Positions 10,072 through 19,011 of a stretch of DNA of 28,425 bases are shown one piece after another. This DNA comes from Bdellovibrionota bacterium FG-1 (GTDB taxonomy: Bacteria; Bdellovibrionota; UBA1018), in assembly GCA_051382295.1 (NCBI GenBank), contig JBBCAW010000086.1, positions 1 to 28,425 on the forward strand. The letters run 5' to 3'. The position numbers were made by a program, and so were the translations under genes. Within the stretch, counting starts at the first letter, position 1. Each line of letters begins with the position of its first letter. A model generated the notes under the pieces. That model was not told the origin of the DNA. It made no database searches and was given only the letters and a program-made list of their open reading frames with translations.

Positions 10072-11595
10072 GTGCCTATGTTAAGCTGGATGAAAGAAAA
10101 ACGCTGGATTGCCGCGTCCCTGGTGCTGAGCATCGTGGGTTGCGCTAAGGGAGATCTTCCGCGAATTGGTGCGGGAAATCCTCGCTATGACGCGATTTCA
10201 GCACCTTCGGCGGCCAATCAAAAAGCGACCCCCGACGGAGGGGCGGCCACATCACGTCCTGCCGTGAAGAATGCGGCGCAGGCGGTTCAAAACCTTTGTC
10301 AAAGTTTGGTCGATAAACAGGTTCCTCAAGGCCTCAAGCGAGCGGTCGGCGAATATGCCCCTCTGCGAGAATTGATCCGATCGATGAGTCAACTCGTGAG
10401 GGATGATCCCTCCTTGTTTGTGCGGGCCCATGCGCGTGCTTTGCAGGCGGTGAATGCTAATGTCCTTCAAACCTTATTTCGTGCTGGAATGAGCGCCGAG
10501 GCGCGGGTGTTTCGGAAAACCTTAAGTGAAAAAGTGCATTATTCGCGCTTGCATGGAAATGAAGAGGACCTCCAGTTCATGTTGGCCGAGGTCATGGGCT
10601 TAAGTGAGGGTTCTCTTTGCGCCAATTATTATCTGGAAGAGTTTTTCACCCAGTTCGTTCGGAATGTGGATATTTTCGGTGGTATTGTTTTTGGCACCAC
10701 GAGTACGCCCGCTCAGGCCGATACGCTTGGGCTTTCGGTGGGACTGCCTCCGTTCATCGCCAAGGCTGATCCTGTTTTGGACCGGACGGCTTTGCGATCC
10801 GGGACGCGGGCGCTTTGGATGACCTGGACCCATTGGGAACCTTCGACAGGAGTGGATTCGATCCTGCAAGCCCTAGAAAATGCATCGGCCGCTACCGAGC
10901 ACCATGGGGTCATTTTAGATCTTCGTTTTGCCGGCGGTGGAAGTGTTGCAGTTCTGCAGCGGGCGCGCGACAGTGCGGCCAAAGGCTGGGGAAAACGTCC
11001 AATCGTGATTTTGACCAGTCTGGAGACTCGAGGAATGGCTGCCATATTTGCCTTTGAAATGGCCCAAAAATCCAACGTACAGGTTTTTGGTACGGCTGAG
11101 GATACCTACGGGTATGGTCGCAAGCTCAAGCAACAGGCGACCACCTTGCTTGAAGGTTATTCTGAAGTGAATGTCACGATTGGTTCTGAGGTCGTGCAGC
11201 CTTCAATCGATCTATCCCAAGCGGGTGGCTTTAGATTGAAAATTTCATCGGACCGCGTGCTGTCGCGGGTCGATGTGGATGAACTCATTAAGAAGGCGGA
11301 TCATTGGGCTGAGACGGCCCACGCCGATGAGCCGCCCGCTCCTCCCGTCGGGACACAAGTGGCGGCCGCTGATGTCCTAGCAGAGCCTCCGGTCCTAGCA
11401 GAGCCTCCGGTCCTAGCAGAGCCTCCGGTCCTAGCAGAGCCTCCGGTCCTAGCAGAGCCTCCGGTTGAGATGTCCCCCCAGGCTGCGGAGCTACCCATGC
11501 AAGATGCTTCGCCCCCTGTTTTTGAGGTTCCGGTGGATGTGCCGATGGAGCTTGCTAAGAACGCAGCGGATCCCCAAGTGTTTGGGGTTCAGTGA
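10072..11595 (+). CDS. Lipoprotein with a degenerate S41-peptidase-like domain and a Pro/Glu-rich repeat tail
   Basis: Lipobox SIVG-C. GVILDLRFAGGGSV, PIVILTSLETRGMAAIFA and TYGYG echo the S41 motifs DLRxNGGG, VLxNxxSASASE and TFGKG. Confidence 0.65.
   Translation: MPMLSWMKEKRWIAASLVLSIVGCAKGDLPRIGAGNPRYDAISAPSAANQKATPDGGAATSRPAVKNAAQAVQNLCQSLVDKQVPQGLKRAVGEYAPLRELIRSMSQLVRDDPSLFVRAHARALQAVNANVLQTLFRAGMSAEARVFRKTLSEKVHYSRLHGNEEDLQFMLAEVMGLSEGSLCANYYLEEFFTQFVRNVDIFGGIVFGTTSTPAQADTLGLSVGLPPFIAKADPVLDRTALRSGTRALWMTWTHWEPSTGVDSILQALENASAATEHHGVILDLRFAGGGSVAVLQRARDSAAKGWGKRPIVILTSLETRGMAAIFAFEMAQKSNVQVFGTAEDTYGYGRKLKQQATTLLEGYSEVNVTIGSEVVQPSIDLSQAGGFRLKISSDRVLSRVDVDELIKKADHWAETAHADEPPAPPVGTQVAAADVLAEPPVLAEPPVLAEPPVLAEPPVLAEPPVEMSPQAAELPMQDASPPVFEVPVDVPMELAKNAADPQVFGVQ
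11374..11463 (+). repeat. Perfect 18-bp tandem repeat x5 (GTCCTAGCAGAGCCTCCG; encodes VLAEPP)
   Basis: Five identical copies starting at 11374, 11392, 11410, 11428 and 11446. Confidence 0.97.
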
Positions 11596-11609
11596 TTGAG
11601 GGCCAGGCC

Positions 11610-11960
11610 TTAGAAGGTCTCCGCCTTTTGAACTCGAATCGTATTGCTGTTTACAGGTGCGCCTTCGATTGCCACTTGGTGGGAGCCATTTAAATAAAGG
11701 CGCATGGCGGTAGAGGCTTCGATCAGATTGAAGATCGTCCCCGTTTTTGTTTCTTCTACTTTGAGTTGGCAGCCCTGTCCTTGGTTTTGAGTGGCTTGTA
11801 CGTCACACTTAAGAACCCCTTCTACTCGAATTTTGGCCTGTACTTGATTCTTAGTTTCTTGCCGAATCGCCGCAATATTGATCGAGTCTCCGCGATTGGC
11901 AAAGGCGAAAGACCCACTCATTGCGGTGACGGCAAGCAAGGCCATGATGACTTTTTTCAT
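11610..11960 (-). CDS. Small secreted protein
   Basis: GGAGGA SD before ATG 11960, signal peptide MKKVIMALLAVTAMSGSFAFA, one Cys pair. Confidence 0.8.
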   Translation of the reverse strand: MKKVIMALLAVTAMSGSFAFANRGDSINIAAIRQETKNQVQAKIRVEGVLKCDVQATQNQGQGCQLKVEETKTGTIFNLIEASTAMRLYLNGSHQVAIEGAPVNSNTIRVQKAETF

Positions 11961-12094
11961 ACTATCCTCCATGAAAAAGAGCCGCGGGTTCACGTGGCTA
12001 CTGACTAACAAAAATAGATGGGGTGGTCGCTGTTCGAGCTTGAAGTTTTGAGAAGAACTCTCTGGTGGGGCGCTTCATGTGCCCCATTGATTTA

Positions 12095-12124
12095 AGCGTA
12101 GATGATTTTTTGGTGAGATGTCAA
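12095..12124 (-). promoter_or_regulatory. Sigma70-type promoter for the 11960 gene
   Basis: TTGACA(12124-12119)-18 nt-TACGCT(12100-12095). Confidence 0.6.
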
Positions 12125-12234
12125 ATGAGGAATGTGCGATTTTCTGAACGACAGGTTTTGGATGGGATTTATCAATAGATTTTGGGTATTTAGATGATTT
12201 TCCTGGCAAGAGTGCCGTTTGATTGCTTTAGAGG

Positions 12235-12285
12235 TTGTCGCGGTTGAGCTTAAGGTTCGAGGACGTTAAGCTTAAACCTGACAAA
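12235..12285 (-). terminator. Imperfect long hairpin just downstream of gmhA (terminator or stability hairpin)
   Basis: TTGTC...GGTTTAAGCTTAA-loop-TTAAGCTCAACC...GACAA on the minus strand; no clear U-tract. Confidence 0.35.
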
Positions 12286-12289
12286 ATCC

Positions 12290-12889
12290 TTAAGTAATCG
12301 GATACCCCTCTGGGAACAGCTGTCGTTCACAGGTCTCGATGACGGTGTGGATGAGCTTGATATGCATCTCCTGAATTCGGTCTGAGGTCTGAGCCGGAAT
12401 CACAATCGCGAGATCAGCCATGGCTTTGAGCTTGCCTCCATCACGCCCCAGAAGGGCGATGGTGCGGATTCCTTTTTTGCGAGCTACTTCAAAGGCGAGG
12501 CAGAGGTTTTGCGATTGACCGCTGGTGGAGAGGCCCACAAGGAGATCGCCGCTTCGGCCGAGGCCTTCGAGCTGACGGGCAAAGACCTGATCAAAGCCAA
12601 AGTCATTGGCCACGCAGGTGACGTGGCTTGCGTCTCCCAGTGCCAGCGCACCCAGTGGGCGGCGATTGGCGCGATACCGGCCGGTCATTTCTTCGGCAAA
12701 GTGCATTGCGTCACAATGGGAGCCGCCATTGCCGCAGGTAAAGAGATTGCCATCATGGGAGTAGGTTTCCATGAGCATTTGGGTAAATTGCTCACATTTT
12801 TCAAGCTGTTGGGGGTCATTCAAAAAGGCTTGGAGGGCGGTGCGAGCGTCGGAGAGCGCGTTTTTCCAGATTTTTAGGGAGGAGGTCAT
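12290..12889 (-). CDS. gmhA: D-sedoheptulose-7-phosphate isomerase
   Basis: CGNGGSHCDAMHFAEE, NDFGF, GLSTSG, SDRIQEMH; GAGGAG SD before ATG 12889. Confidence 0.95.
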   Translation of the reverse strand: MTSSLKIWKNALSDARTALQAFLNDPQQLEKCEQFTQMLMETYSHDGNLFTCGNGGSHCDAMHFAEEMTGRYRANRRPLGALALGDASHVTCVANDFGFDQVFARQLEGLGRSGDLLVGLSTSGQSQNLCLAFEVARKKGIRTIALLGRDGGKLKAMADLAIVIPAQTSDRIQEMHIKLIHTVIETCERQLFPEGYPIT

Positions 12890-12952
12890 GCTCCTCACTT
12901 TAGCACAAAAGTATTAGCCTTTTCTTGGCCTTTTTTGCATACTCCCGCCCAC

Positions 12953-14287
12953 ATGGCATCACGTTCAAAGTTATCCTCTCGGGCATCGTCGCCAAAGCTG
13001 AATCAGGGTCAACAAAATGCGCTCGAACTTTTGACTGGCTCGGACGAAAACGTCTTTCTGACTGGCGTCGCAGGTTCTGGTAAAAGCTTTTTGGTTCGGC
13101 GATTTTTGCGAGAGCGAGAGTCCAGTGAGCGTCGCTTTCCGGTGCTCGCAAGTACGGGAGCGGCGGCGATTTTGGTGGGGGGGCGCACCTTTCACAGCTT
13201 TTTTGGACTCGGCATTTTAGAGGGCGGAGTGGACGCAACCGTCGAGCGCGCCATTCGCAATAAACGGGTTTGTAAACGGCTGAATGCCACTGACGGCGTG
13301 ATTATCGACGAAGTCTCCATGATTTCAGGCACCACTTTGCGGGCGGCTGAAAAGATTTGTCGCAAAGCGCGCGAATCCCAACGGCCCTGGGGGGGGCTCC
13401 GGGTGATTACGGTTGGAGATTTTGCGCAGCTTCCGCCCGTCAATCCGCATTGGAATCCTGGCAATGGGCTCACCCCGCGTGCGCTACGCGATTGGGCGTT
13501 TTTGGATGAGTCTTGGCTGACTTCGGGGTTTGTGTCGGCGGTATTATACGAAACCATGCGAACCACGGAACCTGAGTTGCTTCATGCGCTCAATGCCGTT
13601 CGCGCGGGACAACTGGATGGGCCATCGACGCGATTTTTGAATTCCCGCTTACTTGCGCCTCCTCATGATTTTGATGGAACCCGGCTTTTTGGCCGTCGAA
13701 TGGACACTGAACGCTTTAATCTGCAGCGCCTTTGCGAGATACCGGCGGAAGTTCAGACTTTTGAGACCATTTATACCGCGGCCTTATCCGCCTCCTCCAA
13801 AAAAGCTGACCAAAATAAGGCGATTGCAGATTTTAAGAAGAATGCTCCCGTCCCCGAAGTCCTTCAGTTGAAAGAAGGTGCTCTGGTGATGATTCGCCAG
13901 AATGACCCTGAGGGAAAATGGGTCAATGGAAGCGTGGGGATTTTGAAGGAAATTGACGATGAATGTTTGTCGATCGAGCTCTCGAACGGTTTAGACGTCG
14001 AGATCGAAAAAACGACCTTTCAGATGCTCAACGCGGAGGGGGGCATTGTGGCGAGCGCCACTAATTTTCCGGTCAATTTGGCGTACGCGATGACGGTTCA
14101 TAAGGCACAGGGGGCTTCGCTTGAAAAGATGCAGGTCGATCTTCGTGGCCTTTGGGAACCCGGTCAAGCCTACGTGGCCCTTTCAAGGGCACGCACGGCA
14201 CAAGGACTGTTTATCGAGGGCTGGAGTCCTAGCTCCATGATTGTGGATCCGGTGGTGACGGAGTTTCATCGCCGAATTTGGGAGTAG
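12953..14287 (+). CDS. Pif1-family (SF1B) 5'-3' DNA helicase
   Basis: GVAGSGKS, ASTGAAA..VGGRTFHSFFG, IIDEVSM, GDFAQLPPV, AYAMTVHKAQG, GQAYVALSRA. Confidence 0.92.
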   Translation: MASRSKLSSRASSPKLNQGQQNALELLTGSDENVFLTGVAGSGKSFLVRRFLRERESSERRFPVLASTGAAAILVGGRTFHSFFGLGILEGGVDATVERAIRNKRVCKRLNATDGVIIDEVSMISGTTLRAAEKICRKARESQRPWGGLRVITVGDFAQLPPVNPHWNPGNGLTPRALRDWAFLDESWLTSGFVSAVLYETMRTTEPELLHALNAVRAGQLDGPSTRFLNSRLLAPPHDFDGTRLFGRRMDTERFNLQRLCEIPAEVQTFETIYTAALSASSKKADQNKAIADFKKNAPVPEVLQLKEGALVMIRQNDPEGKWVNGSVGILKEIDDECLSIELSNGLDVEIEKTTFQMLNAEGGIVASATNFPVNLAYAMTVHKAQGASLEKMQVDLRGLWEPGQAYVALSRARTAQGLFIEGWSPSSMIVDPVVTEFHRRIWE

Positions 14288-14290
14288 CGG

Positions 14291-15667
14291 TTAGGTCTTT
14301 TGAAACAGTTTTCCGATTTTGACCAACAAGTCTGGATTGAATTTTCCGATCTCTACTCCGGAAGGCGCTGAGTATTTTTTGAGTTCAGCCCACGCTTCTG
14401 CGGGTTTACGGGCTCGATCCCCTTCACGTTTGGCATAGAAATGATCAAAGGCTCCCACAATGGAAAGCAAAGCGGCCTCGACCGGGATTTTGGGACCCCA
14501 GAGTCCATCCGGAAAACCGCTGCCATCATGTTTTTCGTGATGATGAAGAATGGCTTGCTGGACGACCGGAAATAGTGTGATGCGTTTTTGTTGCATCATT
14601 TGAAGAGAGGCGGCGGGGTGGGTGGCGTACGCCTTCAGCTCCAGGGAGGTGAGTTTAAATTCACTTTTTTTGAGGAGCTTTTGGTCAATCGTAGCCAAAC
14701 CAATGTTACTGAACAGCGCGCATACGGCCGTGATCTCGGGGTTGGGTATCCCACAGAGCCGCCCAAACAGGAGCGCATAAAGTGCGGAATTGATGCCGTG
14801 GGCGATCGTGCTGGCTCGAGCGTAGGGGAGGACTTCGATGCACAAGAGAGGAGACCCAAAAGTTTGGATTAAGGCTGAGAGCTTGTGAATAATCTGAAGG
14901 CCCTCGTTCCACATCCCCTCGCCATTCTTAGGGCGACCATCCGTGGAGATATCAAAAAACCGGATAAAAAGGTCGTGAAAGTGCTCCCGCACGACGTCCA
15001 TCTCCTCGGAGTAAATGAGTCGAGGCGTGGCGCGGGCGTCACGCAAGGCATTTAGGGCGGGTGGCAAATTTTCGGTTCGCACATAAACATGGTGTTCATG
15101 CGTGGAAAGTAATTTGTCGCGTCTTGCAGTCGTAAACGGAAGGCCGGCGGCCATATAGACTACATAGTGGTTACTGAGGGGGAGGTAGTGGTAGATGTCC
15201 ACCGGAAAAGTCATGTCGAGTGTCAGGTCTTCTAAAAAAATCGTGCGAAAAGTCCGTTTTCGGAGCACGCGAATGAGGTACGGAATTTCATTCGCTTGCA
15301 GCGTCTTGCGGTCGGCAATAAAAGTGGCACCGCATTTTTTAGCAAATTCACCGTCGCGTCCGTGAATTTTGTTGAGTAAAAGGATGATGGTGAGCTTCTG
15401 GTTGAGCTGGGAGGCGTATTGTGACAATTCAAGGTAGCTGAGGCGATCGAGTTCTTCCCTTTCTTCGAATTTGTCCTCGGGTTCTAATCCCTTTTCATCC
15501 ATGATCAACACGTTGAAATTTTTTTGATCGAGCTGGATCACGGCATCCGCCGGATGGTTGGTCATCACTAACTCGGTTTCACGTCCAAAAATAGGGGTGA
15601 GCTTTGCCCTCATTTCGCGATCACGTGAAAGGAGTAAGACTCTTTGATGCCATTCTGGAGCTTTCAT
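14291..15667 (-). CDS. HD-GYP-like protein with a receiver-like N-terminus and a degenerate HD motif
   Basis: HHEKHDGSGFPDGL and HP..S are present, but the usual LHDIG reads FSNIG. The N-terminus looks REC-like (VLLLS...NVLIMD). Confidence 0.8.
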   Translation of the reverse strand: MKAPEWHQRVLLLSRDREMRAKLTPIFGRETELVMTNHPADAVIQLDQKNFNVLIMDEKGLEPEDKFEEREELDRLSYLELSQYASQLNQKLTIILLLNKIHGRDGEFAKKCGATFIADRKTLQANEIPYLIRVLRKRTFRTIFLEDLTLDMTFPVDIYHYLPLSNHYVVYMAAGLPFTTARRDKLLSTHEHHVYVRTENLPPALNALRDARATPRLIYSEEMDVVREHFHDLFIRFFDISTDGRPKNGEGMWNEGLQIIHKLSALIQTFGSPLLCIEVLPYARASTIAHGINSALYALLFGRLCGIPNPEITAVCALFSNIGLATIDQKLLKKSEFKLTSLELKAYATHPAASLQMMQQKRITLFPVVQQAILHHHEKHDGSGFPDGLWGPKIPVEAALLSIVGAFDHFYAKREGDRARKPAEAWAELKKYSAPSGVEIGKFNPDLLVKIGKLFQKT

Positions 15668-15676
15668 GCGGAGCGA

Positions 15677-16816
15677 CTATTGAATCTGAAAGGCAAGTTT
15701 CATGGCAAAACGGCGATCTTGCAAACCGCCTGGGTTGAAAGTCATTTCTTCGCCGTAAGTATTGAGATCGAGGGTGACAAAACGCAGATCGATGCCAAGG
15801 CCGGCCGTTAAATAACCCTGATTGATGCCGGTGCGCAGCGCAAAGACCTTCCAATTGAATTCAGTTCCAAGATGAACCGTCCGCCAGAGGCTCCCATTGG
15901 TGTTGTTGCCGATATCGGTAAACTCCAGCGCAATGACGGTGTCATGGAATTTCCACCAAGATTGGCGGGTCGCCGCTAGGCCGAAGCCCATCGTGCGGGG
16001 TTGTTCATTGGGGAGGCACTTTCCACCGGCTTGGGTGCATTGGAGGCTTGAAATCATATTCATCCCCAAGTTGCTGTAGCCGCCACCCAGAAGGTTATTA
16101 AACGTTGCGCCGACCGTGTAGCGATAGGGACTGCCTTCGGCGACCGGTAAACGGTAGGTGGCGCCTAAGTCAAAGTCGAGCATGCCGCCTTGACCGATCG
16201 CATTTTGGGGCGAAAGCGAACTTCCCTTGAGCATGTCCACGAACGTATAGGCTTGGGTGGTTTGCAGGCGGTAGACGACGTGAGCGGTGGTGCCGACGGA
16301 GAGGCGATCCTCGGGTAGAAATTTTCGACCGACCGTGAGGGCTGGCCCGATATCCGTGACGCCATTGGGTACGAAAGAAAAGTTTTCTCGCAAGTCGATG
16401 TCCGCCTGGGTGCTCGTGATCAAAGCAAAGGCGAAGGCCCATTTTCCGGTTTCGCCGGTAGGGACGTAAAAGGCCGGAAACGTCGTCTGAAACCGCACAT
16501 GGTTGTTGAGGCCGGCGGTGTTGGCAATTTTCTGAATGGTATCGCCGCTGCCGGTGAGTTTACTGATGGTGCTCGGCAGGGTCGAGTTGGTTTCGATCAT
16601 GGGATCGAGGAGGGTGAAGCGGAAGCGGGGATTAGCGGTCACGCGTGCCGGATTGTTGAAAAAATTCTCGTCATAGAGCCCCGTTGTGATGCGTATCCCG
16701 CCCATGCCGGCGCTTCGCACACTCCAGTAGGGGCGAACGATTTGATCCAAGGCGTGAGCACAAGGGGAGAGAACGAGGAATATCGAGGCAATGAGGACAG
16801 TAGTGTTTTTGTTCAT
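15677..16816 (-). CDS. FadL/PorV/TraF-like outer-membrane beta-barrel
   Basis: Signal peptide, VRSAGMGG...FFNNPA N-terminal motif, C-terminal strands ALRTGINQGYLTAGLGIDL. Confidence 0.75.
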   Translation of the reverse strand: MNKNTTVLIASIFLVLSPCAHALDQIVRPYWSVRSAGMGGIRITTGLYDENFFNNPARVTANPRFRFTLLDPMIETNSTLPSTISKLTGSGDTIQKIANTAGLNNHVRFQTTFPAFYVPTGETGKWAFAFALITSTQADIDLRENFSFVPNGVTDIGPALTVGRKFLPEDRLSVGTTAHVVYRLQTTQAYTFVDMLKGSSLSPQNAIGQGGMLDFDLGATYRLPVAEGSPYRYTVGATFNNLLGGGYSNLGMNMISSLQCTQAGGKCLPNEQPRTMGFGLAATRQSWWKFHDTVIALEFTDIGNNTNGSLWRTVHLGTEFNWKVFALRTGINQGYLTAGLGIDLRFVTLDLNTYGEEMTFNPGGLQDRRFAMKLAFQIQ

Positions 16817-16818
16817 GA

Positions 16819-17664
16819 TTAGCCTGCAATTCCTTGATTGATCAACGTCGCGCGAAAGCAGCGCGCTTGAGGTTCTCCGGCACTCGGCGAGCCCGCTTGG
16901 CCGGTATTAAACAGATTTTGAAAGGAATTGAGGGTGGAGTCCGTGGCGTTGATCACGGAGAGTCCGTTGACGGCCTCATTGAGCGCAGAAAAAAGCTGGT
17001 CCAGCGAAGGCGTCGTACCGGAGGGGGCGGCTTGAGTGATGTCGCCGTCGGTGGCTGCCACGGATAGCACGCTTCCTACTGGGGCGTCACAGGCCGTCGA
17101 TAGCGCACAGCCCTCTAACACGTTTGTGGTATTCGCCGTTGCCCCGCAAGCGGTACCTCGGAGGGCCAGGGAATTTGAGGTCAGTTGACCGCCCGTAATG
17201 GCCGAGGCTTCGCTCAAAATCTCAGCCGCCAGCGCGCCTGCGGTTAAAAAGCGCACCAGGGATTTGAGTTGAGGAGTTTGAATGGCTGCTGTTTTTTGGT
17301 AGGCAGAATAGATGGCGAGGCGTTTGGTTTGGCCGGAACCTGACACTAGAAGTGAGCTGAGCTGATTAATCCCCTTGGCGTTGGGGCTTGATCCAAATGA
17401 CGTCGCAAAGGCTCCGAAGCCTGCGCCATTTTGAACTAAAATCGTATAGGCTTCTTCGCTGGCCGCAATGTCGGCGGAATCGCCTGAAAGTTTCTGGTAG
17501 GCATCCAGCGCTCCGGCATAGTCTCCTTGATCGAGTCTCGCGCGAGCGGCCGAGATGAGTTGAACATCGCCGCCAGGACTGCTGAAGGGGCTGAAAACAT
17601 TGCAGCTAGCGGTGGTGATGACTATCGCTAAGCTTGCGAAAGAACATGTAAATATCGATTTCAT
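16819..17664 (-). CDS. Lipoprotein with a TPR-like N-terminal region
   Basis: Lipobox TTAS-C after MKSIF…, ARARLDQGDYAGALDAYQKL, 2 bp from the beta-barrel gene. Confidence 0.75.
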   Translation of the reverse strand: MKSIFTCSFASLAIVITTASCNVFSPFSSPGGDVQLISAARARLDQGDYAGALDAYQKLSGDSADIAASEEAYTILVQNGAGFGAFATSFGSSPNAKGINQLSSLLVSGSGQTKRLAIYSAYQKTAAIQTPQLKSLVRFLTAGALAAEILSEASAITGGQLTSNSLALRGTACGATANTTNVLEGCALSTACDAPVGSVLSVAATDGDITQAAPSGTTPSLDQLFSALNEAVNGLSVINATDSTLNSFQNLFNTGQAGSPSAGEPQARCFRATLINQGIAG

Positions 17665-17776
17665 GAGAGAAGTTCCTTCTTCTTCAGTATTCGGTCCATG
17701 AGTCACTCTTTGGAGGCATCAAAAAGCGTAAAGGGCTTTGAAGGGTTTGTAAAGGATTCCCATTGGTTAAACGATA

Positions 17777-17806
17777 TTGACATCGATAGTGATATAGTTT
17801 AACACT
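17777..17806 (+). promoter_or_regulatory. vapBC promoter, probably leaderless
   Basis: TTGACA(17777-82)-18 nt-AACACT(17801-06)-6 nt-ATG; no SD. Confidence 0.5.
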
Positions 17807-17812
17807 TAAAGA

Positions 17813-18025
17813 ATGACGGTTAAGGTCTCTCCTAAGTATCAGGTAGTGATTCCAGAAGCGGTTCGAACAGCCTTGGGGATCCGAGCAGGGTCACAGATTG
17901 AAGTGATTGCTAAGGGTAAGGTGGCTTACCTTGTGCCCGTGCAAACGATTGAGGAGCTTCAATCGGAGATGGCGAGTCGTCTCAATCATAAAAATCTTCG
18001 CGAAAAGAAGGACCGCGCGTCGTGA
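17813..18025 (+). CDS. vapB: AbrB/MazE/SpoVT-family antitoxin
   Basis: MTVKVSPKYQVVIPEAVRTALGIRAG swapped-hairpin motif; GTGA overlap with the toxin gene. Confidence 0.9.
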   Translation: MTVKVSPKYQVVIPEAVRTALGIRAGSQIEVIAKGKVAYLVPVQTIEELQSEMASRLNHKNLREKKDRAS

Positions 18026-18405
18026 GTTCGTCATTGGTTTTGGACTCTTCTGTTTGGATTGAAATCCTCAATAAGGGACCGCTTGCTAAGGATTGCCTCA
18101 GGGCCCTCAAAGGTGCGCACGCTATTTATGTTCCCACCTTGGTTTTGTTTGAAGTTTATAAAAAGCTGGCAAGTTCTCGGTCCGAGGATCAGGCGCTCTC
18201 TGCCGTCGCAATGATGAGCCAATACAAAGTGACAGATATGACTCGGGAGATTGCCTTGGCTGCCGCGGATATCTCTCTCCAGCGCGACTTGGCGATGGCA
18301 GATAGTGTTGTACTTGCTCATGCTCAACAGACGGGGGCGACTTTGGTCACCCTGGATAATGATTTTGCAGGAATTTCAGGGGTCGAGGTTTTTCGTAAAG
18401 AGTAG
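18022..18405 (+). CDS. vapC: PIN-domain toxin
   Basis: VLDSSVWIE, VLFEV, LAMADSVV, LVTLDNDF acidic PIN residues. Confidence 0.92.
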   Translation: MSSSLVLDSSVWIEILNKGPLAKDCLRALKGAHAIYVPTLVLFEVYKKLASSRSEDQALSAVAMMSQYKVTDMTREIALAAADISLQRDLAMADSVVLAHAQQTGATLVTLDNDFAGISGVEVFRKE

Positions 18406-19011
18406 GCGCAGTGATTCAATCGCGCGCCGGAGGTCATCAACGCTCCCATTATTTATGAGGACGTGAGTGGCTGCTTGCCGTCTTACGGAGTCGGAGATCT
18501 GAGAGGCCAAAATTTGGTCGGCCAGGGTTTCTGAAATGCCATCGCGGGCGATGAGGCGGGCTCGCCGGATCGCCGGATCAGCGTCGACGACAATCAGGCC
18601 CGCGAGGTCACGATAACGGCCAGTTTCGACTAAGAGAGCGGCTTCGTAAAGGATGGGAGAGTCGCTGAGCGTACCGATTTGGCTGAGCTGTCGGATTTGA
18701 TTGATGCGTTTAAGGCTTTCCGCCTGAATCAGAGGATGAAGGATGGCCTCAAGATCCTGACGGGCTTTTGGGTCGGCAAAGACGATCTTTCGGAGTTCGG
18801 CGCGATCGGCAGTCCCAAAGCGTGTGAGGATTTGCGCATACGCCGCTCCGCCGGGGCTTGCGAGTTCGCGCGCGATGGTGTCGGCATCGACGACCGGGAT
18901 TCCGCGTTCCGCAAAAATTCGCGCCGCCGTGGATTTGCCTGAGGCGATTCCGCCGGTGAGACCCCAGACTTGGGCCGGGAACTGAGTTTTAGGGTTAGCT
19001 TTTGGAGTCAC
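18376..19011 (-). CDS. coaE: Dephospho-CoA kinase
   Basis: GLTGGIASGKST, VVDADTIAR, LEAILHPLI, EAALLVE, INNGS. Likely GTG start at 19011, overlapping the mazG end. Confidence 0.93.
   Translation of the reverse strand: MTPKANPKTQFPAQVWGLTGGIASGKSTAARIFAERGIPVVDADTIARELASPGGAAYAQILTRFGTADRAELRKIVFADPKARQDLEAILHPLIQAESLKRINQIRQLSQIGTLSDSPILYEAALLVETGRYRDLAGLIVVDADPAIRRARLIARDGISETLADQILASQISDSVRRQAATHVLINNGSVDDLRRAIESLRLLFTKNLDP

Noticed and set aside
11374..11463. Possible CRISPR array
   Set aside because: The repeats are contiguous with no spacers, lie in frame inside a CDS, and there are no cas genes.
12953..14287. Pif1 helicase as part of a defence or mobile system
   Set aside because: It is stand-alone among core genes with host-like composition and no partner nuclease.
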